Assembly (NCBI GenBank): GCA_963841505.1
Contig: CAWJCZ010000001.1
Location: 149,834 to 213,833 of the forward strand
Direction: 5' to 3'
Source of the DNA: an uncultured Gemmatimonadales bacterium
GTDB lineage: Bacteria; Gemmatimonadota; Gemmatimonadetes; Gemmatimonadales; GWC2-71-9
Length of the DNA stretch: 64,000 bases
Shown: positions 25,522 through 36,050 of the stretch, piece after piece
Numbering within the stretch: position 1 is the stretch's first letter
Layout: each line of letters starts with the position of its first letter
Made by a program: the position numbers and the translations under genes
The notes under the pieces: model-generated
What the model was told of the DNA's origin: nothing
Database searches by the model: none
The model's input: only the letters and a program-made list of their open reading frames with translations

Positions 25522-27831
25522 GTGCAAAACGCTCTAGACGCCCTGCTCGCCTTTCTCTTCAAGTTCCCCCCGCACTTGTTCAAGCGCGGGGTTCTGGCTC
25601 TGGCCCCGGACCTGCCGATCCCGCTTCTGATCGGAGCGATCGGAATCGGACTGGCGGTGATTCTCTTCGCCTTGCGGGGACTCCGAACCTCCGCCCCAGG
25701 ACGCGATCGCCTGGTTCTGGGCGCGATCCGGCTCGCGGTCGTGCTGCTCCTCGCCGGCTGCCTGATGCGACCGGTGCTTCTGCTTTCCAGCTCGGTTCCC
25801 CAGCGTAACATCCTCGCCGTACTGCTCGACGATTCGCGCAGCATGCAGCTTCGTGACGTGAACGGCGCGCCCCGGCTCGATGCGGTCAGGGCCGCCTTCG
25901 GCGATTCGGCGGCCCTGGTGCGACGGCTGGGCGAACGATTCGTGCTTCGATTCTTCCGTTTCGGGGCCGATGCCGGTGCGATCACCGGAACCACGGCACT
26001 CAAAGGCAACGGAACCAGAACGGATCTCGCGGGTGCGCTCCAGGCGGCCCAGGATGAGCTGGCGGGCGCTCCGCTCGCCGGTCTGGTCCTGGTGACCGAT
26101 GGCGCCGACAACGCCGGCGCCGACCTCACCGCGCCCCTCCTCTCGCTACGGGCCCGCAAGGTCCCGGTCTACAGCGTCGGGGTCGGGCAGGAGCGATTCG
26201 AGAAGGATGCCGGGATCGAGCGGGTTTCTCTGCCGGCGAGCGCCCTGACCGGCGCCGGGGTGATGAGCGAGGTCGCGATCCGGGTGCGGGGCTTGAGCGG
26301 CCAGGAACTCGCGGTGGTGGCAGAAGACGATGGCCGGGTAGTCGCCGAGCGCACGGTGCCGATTGGCAAGGAGGACGTGGCACGGGTTCAGCTTCGGCTC
26401 CCCCAGCTCGCACCCGGGTCGCATCCGCTCACCTTCAAGATCCGGCCGATCCCGGGAGAAATCGTCACCGAGAACAACGAGTATCGCAGCGTGCTGCGGG
26501 TCCGGCCCGGGCCCGAAAAGATTCTCTACGTCGAAGGTGAGCCTCGTCCCGAGCTGGCATTCATCCGCCGGGCGGTCTCGGGAGACAGCGCGCTGCAGCT
26601 GGTGGCGATGCTGCGGAGCGCCAAGGGCAAGTATCTCCGGCTCGGCGTGGACGACAGCCTCGAGCTGGCGAGCGGCTTTCCGACCCGGCGCGAGGATCTG
26701 TTCCGTTACCGGGCGATCGTCCTGGGGAGCATCGAAGCGTCGTTCTTCACCGGCGATCAGCTCCGGATGATGGCCGACTTCGTGAGTCGCCGGGGGGGCG
26801 GCCTCGTGGTCCTGGGCGGCCGATCGGCGCTCGCCGAGGGCGGCTACGCCGATACTCCGCTCGAGGACGTGTTGCCGGCGGGGCTCCGGCGCCCGGCCAA
26901 TGAGGAAACCGACCCGGTCGCCATCGAGCTGACCCCCCGACTCACCCCGGCGGGCAAGGTCCATCCGATTCTTCAGCTCGGCGCGACCGAAGCGGCCGCG
27001 GCGCGGTGGGATTCGATGCCGGCGCTGACCTCGGTTAACCCGCTCGGGCCCATCAAGCCGGGCGCGACGGTGCTCCTCAACGGGAAACCTGCAGGGACCA
27101 CCAACAACACCGGAGCCGGCCAGCCGCTGCTGGTGGTGCAGCGGGTGGGGCGGGGCACCGTGGCCCTGCTCGACGTCCAGGACACCTGGCTCTGGCGGAT
27201 GGACGCGCGGATTCCGGTGGAGGACCGGACCCACGCGACGTTCTGGCGTCAGCTGCTCCGCTGGTCGCTGGACGGGGTGCCTGAGCGGCTCGAAGTCGCA
27301 TCCGCACCGACCCGGGTGGGTCCCGGGGAGCCGGCGACCATACGGGCCCGCCTGGTGGACCAGAGTTATCTCGACGCCAATGACGGCAACGTGATCGCGA
27401 GGGTGGTGGCACCGGGGGGAGATACCATCGAAGTGCCGCTGACCTGGACCATGCGGGGCGATGGGATCTACGAGGGCCGCTACGTGGCTACCGATCCGGG
27501 GGTCTATCGGGTCGAGGCGGAAGCCCGGCGGAACGATGAGCCGGGCCTGATCCGCGCGGATCCGGCCGCCCTTCTGGTCGATGACTTCGGGGCCGATGTC
27601 GAGCAGCCCGAGCTCCGGACCCAGCTACTCGAGCGGATCGCCGGGGAAACCGGAGGCCGCTACTACCCGCTGCGCGAGGCAGCCCGACTCTCCGAGGACG
27701 TCGGGTACACCGAGAGCGGAGTTACAGTGCGGGAATCCCATGACCTGTGGGACATGCCGATCGTGTTTCTCCTTCTGGTGGGCCTCCTTGGGACCGAATG
27801 GGCCTATCGCCGCCGCCGGGGACTCGCGTGA
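25522..27831 (+). CDS. membrane-anchored vWA domain protein with C-terminal GATase1-like region (first gene of the MoxR/Bat-like operon)
   Basis: N-terminal TM segments. MIDAS LLDDSRSM...VTDGADN. Later ...ILYVEGEPRPELAFIRRA...VLGGRSALAEGGYADTPLEDVLP, with a C-terminal TM. Confidence 0.65.
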   Translation: MQNALDALLAFLFKFPPHLFKRGVLALAPDLPIPLLIGAIGIGLAVILFALRGLRTSAPGRDRLVLGAIRLAVVLLLAGCLMRPVLLLSSSVPQRNILAVLLDDSRSMQLRDVNGAPRLDAVRAAFGDSAALVRRLGERFVLRFFRFGADAGAITGTTALKGNGTRTDLAGALQAAQDELAGAPLAGLVLVTDGADNAGADLTAPLLSLRARKVPVYSVGVGQERFEKDAGIERVSLPASALTGAGVMSEVAIRVRGLSGQELAVVAEDDGRVVAERTVPIGKEDVARVQLRLPQLAPGSHPLTFKIRPIPGEIVTENNEYRSVLRVRPGPEKILYVEGEPRPELAFIRRAVSGDSALQLVAMLRSAKGKYLRLGVDDSLELASGFPTRREDLFRYRAIVLGSIEASFFTGDQLRMMADFVSRRGGGLVVLGGRSALAEGGYADTPLEDVLPAGLRRPANEETDPVAIELTPRLTPAGKVHPILQLGATEAAAARWDSMPALTSVNPLGPIKPGATVLLNGKPAGTTNNTGAGQPLLVVQRVGRGTVALLDVQDTWLWRMDARIPVEDRTHATFWRQLLRWSLDGVPERLEVASAPTRVGPGEPATIRARLVDQSYLDANDGNVIARVVAPGGDTIEVPLTWTMRGDGIYEGRYVATDPGVYRVEAEARRNDEPGLIRADPAALLVDDFGADVEQPELRTQLLERIAGETGGRYYPLREAARLSEDVGYTESGVTVRESHDLWDMPIVFLLLVGLLGTEWAYRRRRGLA

Positions 27832-28757
27832 TTGGCCTGGTGTGCTTCGGGGCGCTGGCAATCGCCCTTGGCGGTGCTCTCCAACAGGGTCCCGCGACGC
27901 ACGTGCTCATCGTTTCGGGGCTTTCGGGCGAACCCCAGTACGCGACCGCATTCCATGCCGCGGCTTCGCAGGTATTCGATGCGGCAAGGACCCGGTGGGG
28001 AGTCTCCGATTCCAGTCTGGTGTACCTGGCGGAGGCGCCCGAAGCCGATCCCGCCCGGATCCGCGGCAAGGCGACCCGCGACGAGCTGGCCGCCGCCTTC
28101 GGGCGATTGACCCGCCGGAGCCGGCCCGGCGATCTGGTGCTGGTGCTGCTCCTGGGTCACGGCAGTGGACAGGGCGCCGATTCCCGCCTCAGTGTTCCCG
28201 GGCCGGACCCGAGTGCCGCGGATTTCGCCGAGTGGATCAAGCCACTTACCGGACGGACGACGGTGCTGATCAATGCGGCGACCGGCAGTGGCGATTTCGT
28301 GGCGGCCCTGAACGGCCCCGATCGGCTGGTGATCACCGCGACCAAGAGCTCCTTCGAGCGCAACGAATCGGTCTTCGCGGAGATCTTCGTGAAGGGACTG
28401 ACCGGCGAGGCCGATGCCGACAAGGACGGCCGGGTCTCGATGCTCGAAGCGTTTCAGTACGCTCGGCGCGAAGTAACCCGGCGCTATGAATCGAAGGGCC
28501 TGCTCCAGACCGAGCACGCCCAGCTCAGCGATTCCTCCCTCGCGCGCACTGTCGCGCTGGAGACTTCGGCGCCGCCGGCGGATCCCCGCGTGGCGGGCTT
28601 GATCGCGGAGCGGCGCGCCCTCGAAGCCCAGGTCGATGCGCTGCGGCGGAAGAAAGCCACCATGGACTCGGTGAGCTACGAGAACGAGCTGGAGCGTCTC
28701 CTCATCCTTCTCGCGGAGAAAACCGCCGCGATCAAGGCCGCCGGGGAGAAACCGTGA
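27828..28757 (+). CDS. legumain/caspase-fold (peptidase C13-like) protein with the nucleophile Cys position occupied by Thr
   Basis: GTG 27828 in a GTGA overlap. LVLVLLLGHGSG is the His-Gly dyad context. TTVLINAATGSGDF aligns to legumain EACESGS with C replaced by T. C-terminal coiled coil. Confidence 0.5.
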   Translation: MIGLVCFGALAIALGGALQQGPATHVLIVSGLSGEPQYATAFHAAASQVFDAARTRWGVSDSSLVYLAEAPEADPARIRGKATRDELAAAFGRLTRRSRPGDLVLVLLLGHGSGQGADSRLSVPGPDPSAADFAEWIKPLTGRTTVLINAATGSGDFVAALNGPDRLVITATKSSFERNESVFAEIFVKGLTGEADADKDGRVSMLEAFQYARREVTRRYESKGLLQTEHAQLSDSSLARTVALETSAPPADPRVAGLIAERRALEAQVDALRRKKATMDSVSYENELERLLILLAEKTAAIKAAGEKP

Positions 28758-31246
28758 GCATGCTTCTCCGGGCAGCCGCGATGGTCCTTGCGCTCGGCAT
28801 GACCGGCTCGCGGGTGCCGGCAGGACAGGTCGTGCAGTCACCGGCTGCGCAGGTCAGAATGCTGGCGGAGACCGGGCGCCTCGCCGAGGCGGAGCGGATG
28901 GCCCGGGAAGGAGGGCCGGCCTTGCTGACCCCATTGGGAGAGGTGCTCGCGCTGGAGGGCAGGCTGGTGGCCGCCGAGTCCGCCTTTGCCGCCGCGGCGA
29001 GGGCGGGCGGGTCCGACCGCCGCACCGCGGAGGTGTCGCTCGCGGAGCTTGCGGTCCGGCGGGGCGATCCCCCGACCGCGCATCGGATGGCGGAGAATGT
29101 CGTCGCGGGTTATGAAGGCGAGGGCGACCGCTGGTCGCCGGCCGACCGGGTGGCCGCGGGCCGGGCCTATGCGGTGCTCGCGCCCGGCGATGCCGAAGCG
29201 GCCCGCGCGGCGCTCCGCGCGTTCGATGCCGCGGTCGCGGCCGACAGCGGGCTGCTCGAGCCGCGGCTTCGGACCGGCGACCTCTTCCTCGATCATTACA
29301 ACGCCCCCGATGCGGAGGCGAGCTATCAGGGCGTCCTGGCGCGTGCGCCCGAGAATGCCCGTGCCCTGCTCGGCATGGCGCGGGTCCAGCAGTTCCAGGG
29401 GAATCCCCACGGGTTCGAGACGACGCAACACAGCCTGCGGGTTAACCCGGCGCTGGTGCCGGCCCTGGTGCTCGAAGGCGAGCTCTTCCTGGACGCGGAG
29501 GCCCACGACTCGGCCGCGGCGCTCGGCCGCCGGGCGCTGGGGGTCGATTCCACCGCACTCGGGGGCTGGGCCCTGCTCGGCGCGACCGCGTTGCTCACGG
29601 GCGATTCCGCGGGCTTCGCATCGGCGCGGGCCGGCGCCCGGCGATTCCATCCCCGGCCGGCGGCTTTTTTCGCGATGATTGCGGAATGGACTGCCCGGCA
29701 CCGCCGCTACGCCGAGGCGGCCCGACTGGGCCGTGAGGCGGTGGCGATCGATCCGGAGTCCTCCGAGGCTCAGGGGGTGCTGGGGATGAACCAGCTCCGG
29801 ATCGGCGCGATGGATTCGGGGCGGGTCCATCTGGAGCGGGCCTTTGCGCAGGACCCGTTTCACGTGTGGTACAAGAACACCCTCGATCTCCTCGACGAGC
29901 TGGCGAAGTTCCGAACCATCACCACCGGACGGTTTCAGATCGTCGCCCCGGCCGATCAGGCCGAGCTGCTGGCGATGTATCTCGGGCCCCTGCTCGAAGA
30001 GGCCTACGACACGCTGGCGGCGCGCTACGAATACCGGCCGCCGACTCCGGTCCGGATCGAGCTCTACAGCCGCCCCGCCGATTTTTCGGTGCGGACCGCC
30101 GGTCTCACCGGGTTAGGGGCGCTCGGCGTCAGCTTCGGGTCGGTGCTGGCGATGGATGCGCCCTCGGCGCGGGAAGCCGGAAACTTCAACTGGGGGTCCA
30201 CCGCCTGGCACGAGCTGACCCATGCCTTCACCCTGGGACTTTCGGACCACAAGGTCCCCCGTTGGTTTTCGGAAGGTTTGTCGGTGCTGGAGGAGCGACG
30301 AGCCCGGCCCGGCTGGGGCGCGGGTCCCTCGCTGGCGTTTCTCGCGGCCTTCAAGGGAGACAAGCTGCTGTCGATGAAACGCCTCAATGAGGGATTCGTC
30401 CGGCCCAGCCATCCCGCCGAAATTCAGTTCAGCTACTACCAGGCGTCGCTGGTCTGTCAGATGATCGAGGAGCAATGGGGAAGAAAGGCCCTGGTGGCGA
30501 TGCTGCGCGCCTATCGCGACGGACTCGACACACCGGGCGTCTTCCAGAGAGTGCTGGGCGTCAATGAGGATGAGCTGGGGCGGCGCCTTGCCGGGTGGAG
30601 CCGGCAGCGGTTCGGGCCGGCGCTCCAGGGCGTCGAGGCATGGGACGGGAAATCACCGCCCCGTGGCGAGTTCGTCACGCTTCTCAACGAGGCCGAGGCC
30701 TCACTCCGCGCCCGGCGCCCGGAAGAAGCCCGGCCCAAACTCGAACGGGCGGCGGCGATGTTTCCCGAGTACACCGGAGAGGATGCCCCCCTCGTCCTGT
30801 TGGCCGAGATTCGCGCTTCCCGGGGGGACCGGAAGGAGGCGGCGGATCTGCTCGAGCGCTACAATGCGGTGGACGAGGCGAGCTGGGAGTCGAACCAGCG
30901 GGAAGCCGAACTCCGTGAACAGCTCCAGGACTGGGCCGGAGCCCGCAAGGCGCTGGAGCGGATGATCTGGATTTCACCGGGCGAGGCATCGCTGCATGAG
31001 CGGCTGGCGGTGGCCGCGGAGCACCTGAGCGATCGCCGGACCGCGCTGCGGGAACGGCGCGCCGTGCTTGCCGCGGGCCCCAGCGACGTGACCGAGGCTC
31101 GCTACCAGCTCGCCCGCGCGATGCTGGCCGCGGGGGATCCCGCCGCGGCGCGCCGGGAGATTCTCCAGGTGCTGGAGAACGCACCGGGATTCGAGAAGGC
31201 GCAGGCCCTGTTGCTGGAGCTGGCGAACCGCCGGCCGGAGGATTGA
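28754..31246 (+). CDS. TPR-repeat protein with embedded MA-clan peptidase-like domain (HExxH)
   Basis: GTGA overlap start. Multiple TPR-like helices. STAWHELTHAFTLG...PRWFSEGLSVLEE matches the Peptidase_MA_2 pattern (HExxH...W..EG.A...E). Confidence 0.65.
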   Translation: MSMLLRAAAMVLALGMTGSRVPAGQVVQSPAAQVRMLAETGRLAEAERMAREGGPALLTPLGEVLALEGRLVAAESAFAAAARAGGSDRRTAEVSLAELAVRRGDPPTAHRMAENVVAGYEGEGDRWSPADRVAAGRAYAVLAPGDAEAARAALRAFDAAVAADSGLLEPRLRTGDLFLDHYNAPDAEASYQGVLARAPENARALLGMARVQQFQGNPHGFETTQHSLRVNPALVPALVLEGELFLDAEAHDSAAALGRRALGVDSTALGGWALLGATALLTGDSAGFASARAGARRFHPRPAAFFAMIAEWTARHRRYAEAARLGREAVAIDPESSEAQGVLGMNQLRIGAMDSGRVHLERAFAQDPFHVWYKNTLDLLDELAKFRTITTGRFQIVAPADQAELLAMYLGPLLEEAYDTLAARYEYRPPTPVRIELYSRPADFSVRTAGLTGLGALGVSFGSVLAMDAPSAREAGNFNWGSTAWHELTHAFTLGLSDHKVPRWFSEGLSVLEERRARPGWGAGPSLAFLAAFKGDKLLSMKRLNEGFVRPSHPAEIQFSYYQASLVCQMIEEQWGRKALVAMLRAYRDGLDTPGVFQRVLGVNEDELGRRLAGWSRQRFGPALQGVEAWDGKSPPRGEFVTLLNEAEASLRARRPEEARPKLERAAAMFPEYTGEDAPLVLLAEIRASRGDRKEAADLLERYNAVDEASWESNQREAELREQLQDWAGARKALERMIWISPGEASLHERLAVAAEHLSDRRTALRERRAVLAAGPSDVTEARYQLARAMLAAGDPAAARREILQVLENAPGFEKAQALLLELANRRPED

Positions 31247-31247
31247 G

Positions 31248-32057
31248 ATGACAGACAGGCGGACAGGCGGAAAGGCGGGCCGGCGGACCGTGCGGGTTCT
31301 TGCCGTTGCCACGGCGCTCGCGGCGGGGGTGGCAGGGCTGGTGCTGGCCCAGCGGGGCTGGTACGTGAACGGTGAGGCCGCGCTCTACGCGCCTCCTAAC
31401 CCGCGCTACGACGGGCGCTTTACCTATGCCCGGATCCGGTACACCCAGACCTGCTGCGTGTACAACGGCCAGTATCGCGACGTGAAGTGGGGCCACGACT
31501 ATCCCAAGTCGGATTTTCACTTCCCCAAGCTGCTGGAAGAGCTGACCACAATGAAGGTCCGGACCGACTCGACCGCCATCGTGACGTTCGACGATCCCCA
31601 GTTGTTCCGCTATCCCTGGGCCTACTTCTGCGAGCCGGGCTACTGGATGCCGAACGACAAGGAAGTCGAAGGGATGCGAAATTATCTCCTCAAGGGCGGC
31701 TTCCTGGTGATCGACGATTTCGTCGGCAATCACTGGTACAACTTCGAGGAGCAGATGCGGCGGGTTTTCCCGACCCTGCGGCCGATCCTCCTCGCCCGGG
31801 ACCATCCGATCTTCGATTCCTTCTACCGGATCGAGTCGCTGGAGTTTCCCCACCCGAACTATCCGGGGATTACCGGCAAGTTCTACGGATTCTTCGAGGA
31901 CAACGATCCCGCCAAGCGGATGATGGCGATCGTGAACTACGATTACGACGTGAGCGAGTACTGGGAATATTCCGACGAGGGACTCTTTCCGGTCGATCTT
32001 ACCAACACCGCGTACAAGCTCGGCATCAACTACATGATCTACACGCTTTCCCGTTAG
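31248..32057 (+). CDS. DUF4159 domain protein
   Basis: FTYARIRYT...WGHDYPKSDFHFPKLLEELT...FRYPWAYFCEPGYW...MRNYLLKGGFLVIDDF is characteristic of DUF4159. Confidence 0.7.
   Translation: MTDRRTGGKAGRRTVRVLAVATALAAGVAGLVLAQRGWYVNGEAALYAPPNPRYDGRFTYARIRYTQTCCVYNGQYRDVKWGHDYPKSDFHFPKLLEELTTMKVRTDSTAIVTFDDPQLFRYPWAYFCEPGYWMPNDKEVEGMRNYLLKGGFLVIDDFVGNHWYNFEEQMRRVFPTLRPILLARDHPIFDSFYRIESLEFPHPNYPGITGKFYGFFEDNDPAKRMMAIVNYDYDVSEYWEYSDEGLFPVDLTNTAYKLGINYMIYTLSR
31253..31284 (+). repeat. degenerate tandem octamer array (AGACAGGC GGACAGGC GGAAAGGC GGGCCGGC)
   Basis: Read directly from the sequence. It begins 5 nt into the DUF4159 gene, right after the stop of the upstream gene. Confidence 0.7.
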
Positions 32058-32070
32058 CGAAAGGAATCCC

Positions 32071-33109
32071 GTGACCGCCGCCCCCTCCTCCACCGCGCTC
32101 GACTCCCGGGATGACGCCGCACTGGCCCAGCGCCTCACCGACGCGCGGGGCCGGATCCTCACCGAGCTGCGCAAGATCATCGTGGGACAGGACGGGGTGA
32201 TCGAGCAGGCGCTGGTCGCCCTTCTCGCCGGCGGAAACTGCCTCGTGGTGGGCGTACCGGGATTGGCCAAGACGCTGCTGATCCATTCGCTGGCGCGGGC
32301 CCTCGATCTTCAACTTCTCGCGGATCCAGTTCACCCCCGACCTGATGCCCTCCGACGTAACCGGCACCGACGTGATCCAGGATGACCCCGCGACCGGCAA
32401 GCGCCACCTGGTCTTCATGCGGGGGCCGATCTTCGCGAACGTGGTGCTGGCCGACGAAATCAACCGGACTCCGCCCAAGACCCAGGCCGCGCTGCTCGAA
32501 GCCATGCAGGAGCACCGGGTGACGGTGATGGGCAAGACCTACGAGCTGGAGCCGCCTTTCTTCGTCTTTGCGACCCAGAACCCGATCGAGCTGGAGGGAA
32601 CCTATCCGCTGCCCGAGGCGCAGCTCGACCGGTTCCTGTTCGAGGTGGTGATGACCTATTCGCCCGCCGAAGAAGAGGTGGAGATCGTGCGGGCAACCAC
32701 CCGCGCCGCGCCGGAGGTGATCCGGCCGGTGGTTTCCCGGGAGGAAATCCTGGCCTACCAGGCCCTGGTGCGCCGGGTCCCGGTGGCCGACCCGGTGATC
32801 GAGTACGCGGTGCAGCTCTCCCGGATGAGCCGGCCGGTGGATTCGGGATCGCCCGACTTCGTGCGGCAATACATCGCCTACGGCACCAGTGTGCGGGCGC
32901 CCCAGGCGCTGATCCTGGGGGGCAAGGCGCGGGCACTCCTCCAGGGCCGGACCCATGTGAGCTTCGACGACATCAAGGCGCTCGCCCCGGCGGTGTTCCG
33001 ACACCGGATCCTGCTCAACTTCCAGGCCCAGTCCGAGCGGGTCACCACCGACCAACTGGTCGAGCGGCTCATCGGGACCGTCCCGACACCGCGTTCCGGG
33101 TTAGGATGA
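32071..33109 (+). CDS. MoxR-family AAA+ ATPase, one frame break near 32313
   Basis: IVGQDGVIEQALVALLAGGNCLVVGVPGLAKT. After a 1-nt shift it reads QFSRIQFTPDLMPSDVTGT...VLADEINRTPPKTQAALLEAMQEHRVTV...FFVFATQNPIELEGTYPLPEAQLDRF. Confidence 0.85.
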
Positions 33110-34008
33110 CCGCGACCGCCCCGGCCACTCTGCTCGATCCCGCGCTGCTCGCGCGGATCGGCGACCTGCCGCTCCTGGCGCGCACGGTGGTGGATGGGTT
33201 CATGCACGGGCTTCACCGGTCCCGCCGGGTCGGCCTCTCGCTCGACTTCGCGGAGCACCGGGCCTACCAGCCCGGCGACGACATCCGCCGGATCGACTGG
33301 CGGGTCTATGGACGCACCGATCGCCACTTCGTGAAGGAATACGAAGCCGATACCAACGCCAGTGTGATCTTCGCGCTGGACGCCTCGGGCTCGATGGATT
33401 TCGCGAGCGGGGCGATCACCAAGTTTCACTACGGGCGGGTGCTGGCCGCATCGCTCGCCTGGCTGTCCCAGCGGCAAGGCGACCGGATCGGCCTGGTGAC
33501 GTTCGCCGACGATCTCATCGATGTGGTGCCGCCCTCGACCCGTCACCTCCAACTCCTGCTGCACACCCTGGGGCGTTCCCGGGCGGCTGGCGCCGGCCGG
33601 TTCGCGCCGATCCTGGAGCGGGCCGCCCGGCTGATGAGCCGGGCCGGCATCGTCGTGGTAATCTCCGATTGCTACGAAGATCCCGCGCTGGTGCAGCATA
33701 GCGTCGGCGCTCTCCGGGGCCGGGGCCATGACGTGGTCCTCTTCCATGTCCACGACCCCGCCGAGCGGGAGCTGCCGGGCGATGCCCCGGTCACGTTCGA
33801 AGACGCCGAGTCGGGCGAGCGGCTTCCGCTCCGGCCCGAAGTCCTTCGGCCGAAATATCAGGCCGAGGTGGAAGCCCACCGCCGCGAGCTGGCCCGGCTC
33901 CTGGGCCGGGACCGGGTGGACTACGTGCCGCTGGTGACCACCCAACCGCTCGACGTCGCGCTGCACGCGTATCTCGAGAGTCGTCTCGCCAACAGCCGGG
34001 TCCGGTGA
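33106..34008 (+). CDS. DUF58 domain protein (MoxR partner)
   Basis: ATGA overlap. GLSLDFAEHRAYQPGDDIRRIDWRVYGRTDRHFVKEYEADTN...ALDASGSM. Confidence 0.85.
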   Translation: MTATAPATLLDPALLARIGDLPLLARTVVDGFMHGLHRSRRVGLSLDFAEHRAYQPGDDIRRIDWRVYGRTDRHFVKEYEADTNASVIFALDASGSMDFASGAITKFHYGRVLAASLAWLSQRQGDRIGLVTFADDLIDVVPPSTRHLQLLLHTLGRSRAAGAGRFAPILERAARLMSRAGIVVVISDCYEDPALVQHSVGALRGRGHDVVLFHVHDPAERELPGDAPVTFEDAESGERLPLRPEVLRPKYQAEVEAHRRELARLLGRDRVDYVPLVTTQPLDVALHAYLESRLANSRVR

Positions 34009-36050
34009 TGGGTCTCGGATTCCTGGTTCCGCTCTTTCTGGCTGGGCTCGCCGCGCTCGCGATCCCGGTGTTCATCCACCTCCGTCATCGGGAATGGGAG
34101 AAGCCGCACCGGTTCCCCTCGCTCATGTTCCTCCGCCGCATTCCGATTCGCACCGCCCGGCGGCGACGGATCACCGACTGGCTGCTCCTGCTGCTTCGCG
34201 CCGCGGCGGTCGCACTGCTGGTGCTCGCCTTCTCGCGGCCGTTCTTCCATAAGGATGCCGCCGCGGTCGCCGCGGGCCGTTCGCGTGCGGTGGTCGTGCT
34301 GCTGGATCGGTCGCTCAGCATGGGACATCGCGAGGTGTGGCCTGCCGCGCTCGATTCCGCTGCCGGAGTGGTGCGCTCCCTGGGAGCGAACGACCGGGTC
34401 GCGGTGGTCCGCTTCGACGAGCAGACCGAGCTGGCCCAGGCGCTCACCACCGATCACGGGGCCGCGCTCGCCGCGATTTCCTCGACCGCACCCACGACGC
34501 GTGGCACCCGCTACGCGGCCGGCCTCCGGGCCGCCCGCCAGGCGCTGGTGGGCGCGGGCGAGGCGGGAGAGATCGTGGTGATTACTGATCTCCAACGGAG
34601 CGGTCTGGCCGGACTTGCCGGGGTGGAGCTTCCCTCCGGCACCCTGGTGCGCACGGCGAGTGTCGCGGCGCATGACCGGAGCAACCTCTCGGTTCTGAGC
34701 GCCGAGGTGCAGCGGGTGCCGTCGGGCGATCGCACCGAGCTCCTGGTCACCGTCCGGATCCGGGCCCAGGACCTGCCGGCTCCCAGGAAAGCGCGGGTTA
34801 TGCTGAGCGTGGACGGCCGCGCCGCCGGCAGCAAGGATGCCCCGGTCTCCACCGACGGCGTGGTGACCGTGTCCTTCGACCCGGTGCCCCTGGCGGCGGG
34901 GCGGGCCCGCGCGGTGGTGGCGCTGGAGCCCGATGCGCTTCCGGCGGACGACACGTTGCGCATGGTAGTGCCCGCCGAAGCCGGTCTCCGGGTGCTGATG
35001 ATCGGGTCCCGGGGCACCGGGGGAGACGACCTCCTGTTCACCGAGCGCGCGTTAGGGATCGGGCGGGATCCCCGCTTTACCGTCGAGCGGCGCCAGGTAC
35101 TCGACGCTTCCGCGCTCCGGGGCGCCAGCGTGGTGCTCTGGCTCGAGGGCAGCGTCCCGGACCAGGTGCTGACGCCTTGGGTTCGCGAGGGGGGCGGGCT
35201 CATCGTCGGAGCGGGGGCGCGCCTGGCGGGTGAGAATGCCCTGCTTCCGGGAACCAGCAACGGGATGATCGAGCGGCTCGGCGATGGTGGCGGCGCTTTC
35301 GGCGAAGTGTCGGTGGATCACCCGATCTTTTCCCCCTTCAAGGAAGGGGGCACCGCGGTGCTCGGCGCAGCGCGGTTCCTCCGCTATCCGCGGATTGCCG
35401 CCTCGGAGGGAACCCAGGTGCTGGCGCGATTCGATGACGGCTCCCCGCTGCTGCTCGAACGGAAAGTTGGCGATGGGCGGGTGCTGCTGGTGGCCGCGCC
35501 GCTGGACAACCTCACCGGAGATTTCCCGCTTCAGCCGGGGTTTCTTCCTTTCGTCCGCCGCCTCGCGATCTACGCGGCGGGCCACCAGGTGGCGCCCCTC
35601 TGGCGCACCACCGGTGAAACCGGCATCGTTCCTGGGGGAGTGCGCGAGCCGGTCATCGCAACCCCTCGGGGCGAGCTGGTTCGTCCCGCATCGGATTCGG
35701 CGCCGTGCACCGTGGTGCTCGAGGATGCGGGCTTCTATCAGACCTATGCGAATCGCGCAGCGGGGGAGCCGATCGATGTGGTCGCGGTCAATCCACCCAA
35801 CGCGGAATCGGATCTCACCCCGGCCGACCCGCGCGAGCTCCTGATCGGGGTCCGTCAGAGCGATTCGGCGAACGCCGCGCCTCGGGAGCGACTGGCCGCG
35901 GCGGAGCAGGAATCGCAGCAGGGTGTCTGGCGCCTCCTGATCGCCGCGGTTCTGGTGCTGGTGGTGCTCGAAGCGTTCGTCGCCAATCGTGGCTGGAGAG
36001 GCACCGCAGCATCGGTGCTGCCGGCCCCGCCGGAAAGGAAGTCTCCATGA
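34005..36050 (+). CDS. BatA-type N-terminal double-TM domain + vWA-like protein
   Basis: FLVPLFLAGLAALAIPVFIHLRHR...FPSLMFLRRIP is the aerotolerance BatA_N signature. Also contains LLDRSLSM. Confidence 0.75.
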   Translation: MMGLGFLVPLFLAGLAALAIPVFIHLRHREWEKPHRFPSLMFLRRIPIRTARRRRITDWLLLLLRAAAVALLVLAFSRPFFHKDAAAVAAGRSRAVVVLLDRSLSMGHREVWPAALDSAAGVVRSLGANDRVAVVRFDEQTELAQALTTDHGAALAAISSTAPTTRGTRYAAGLRAARQALVGAGEAGEIVVITDLQRSGLAGLAGVELPSGTLVRTASVAAHDRSNLSVLSAEVQRVPSGDRTELLVTVRIRAQDLPAPRKARVMLSVDGRAAGSKDAPVSTDGVVTVSFDPVPLAAGRARAVVALEPDALPADDTLRMVVPAEAGLRVLMIGSRGTGGDDLLFTERALGIGRDPRFTVERRQVLDASALRGASVVLWLEGSVPDQVLTPWVREGGGLIVGAGARLAGENALLPGTSNGMIERLGDGGGAFGEVSVDHPIFSPFKEGGTAVLGAARFLRYPRIAASEGTQVLARFDDGSPLLLERKVGDGRVLLVAAPLDNLTGDFPLQPGFLPFVRRLAIYAAGHQVAPLWRTTGETGIVPGGVREPVIATPRGELVRPASDSAPCTVVLEDAGFYQTYANRAAGEPIDVVAVNPPNAESDLTPADPRELLIGVRQSDSANAAPRERLAAAEQESQQGVWRLLIAAVLVLVVLEAFVANRGWRGTAASVLPAPPERKSP

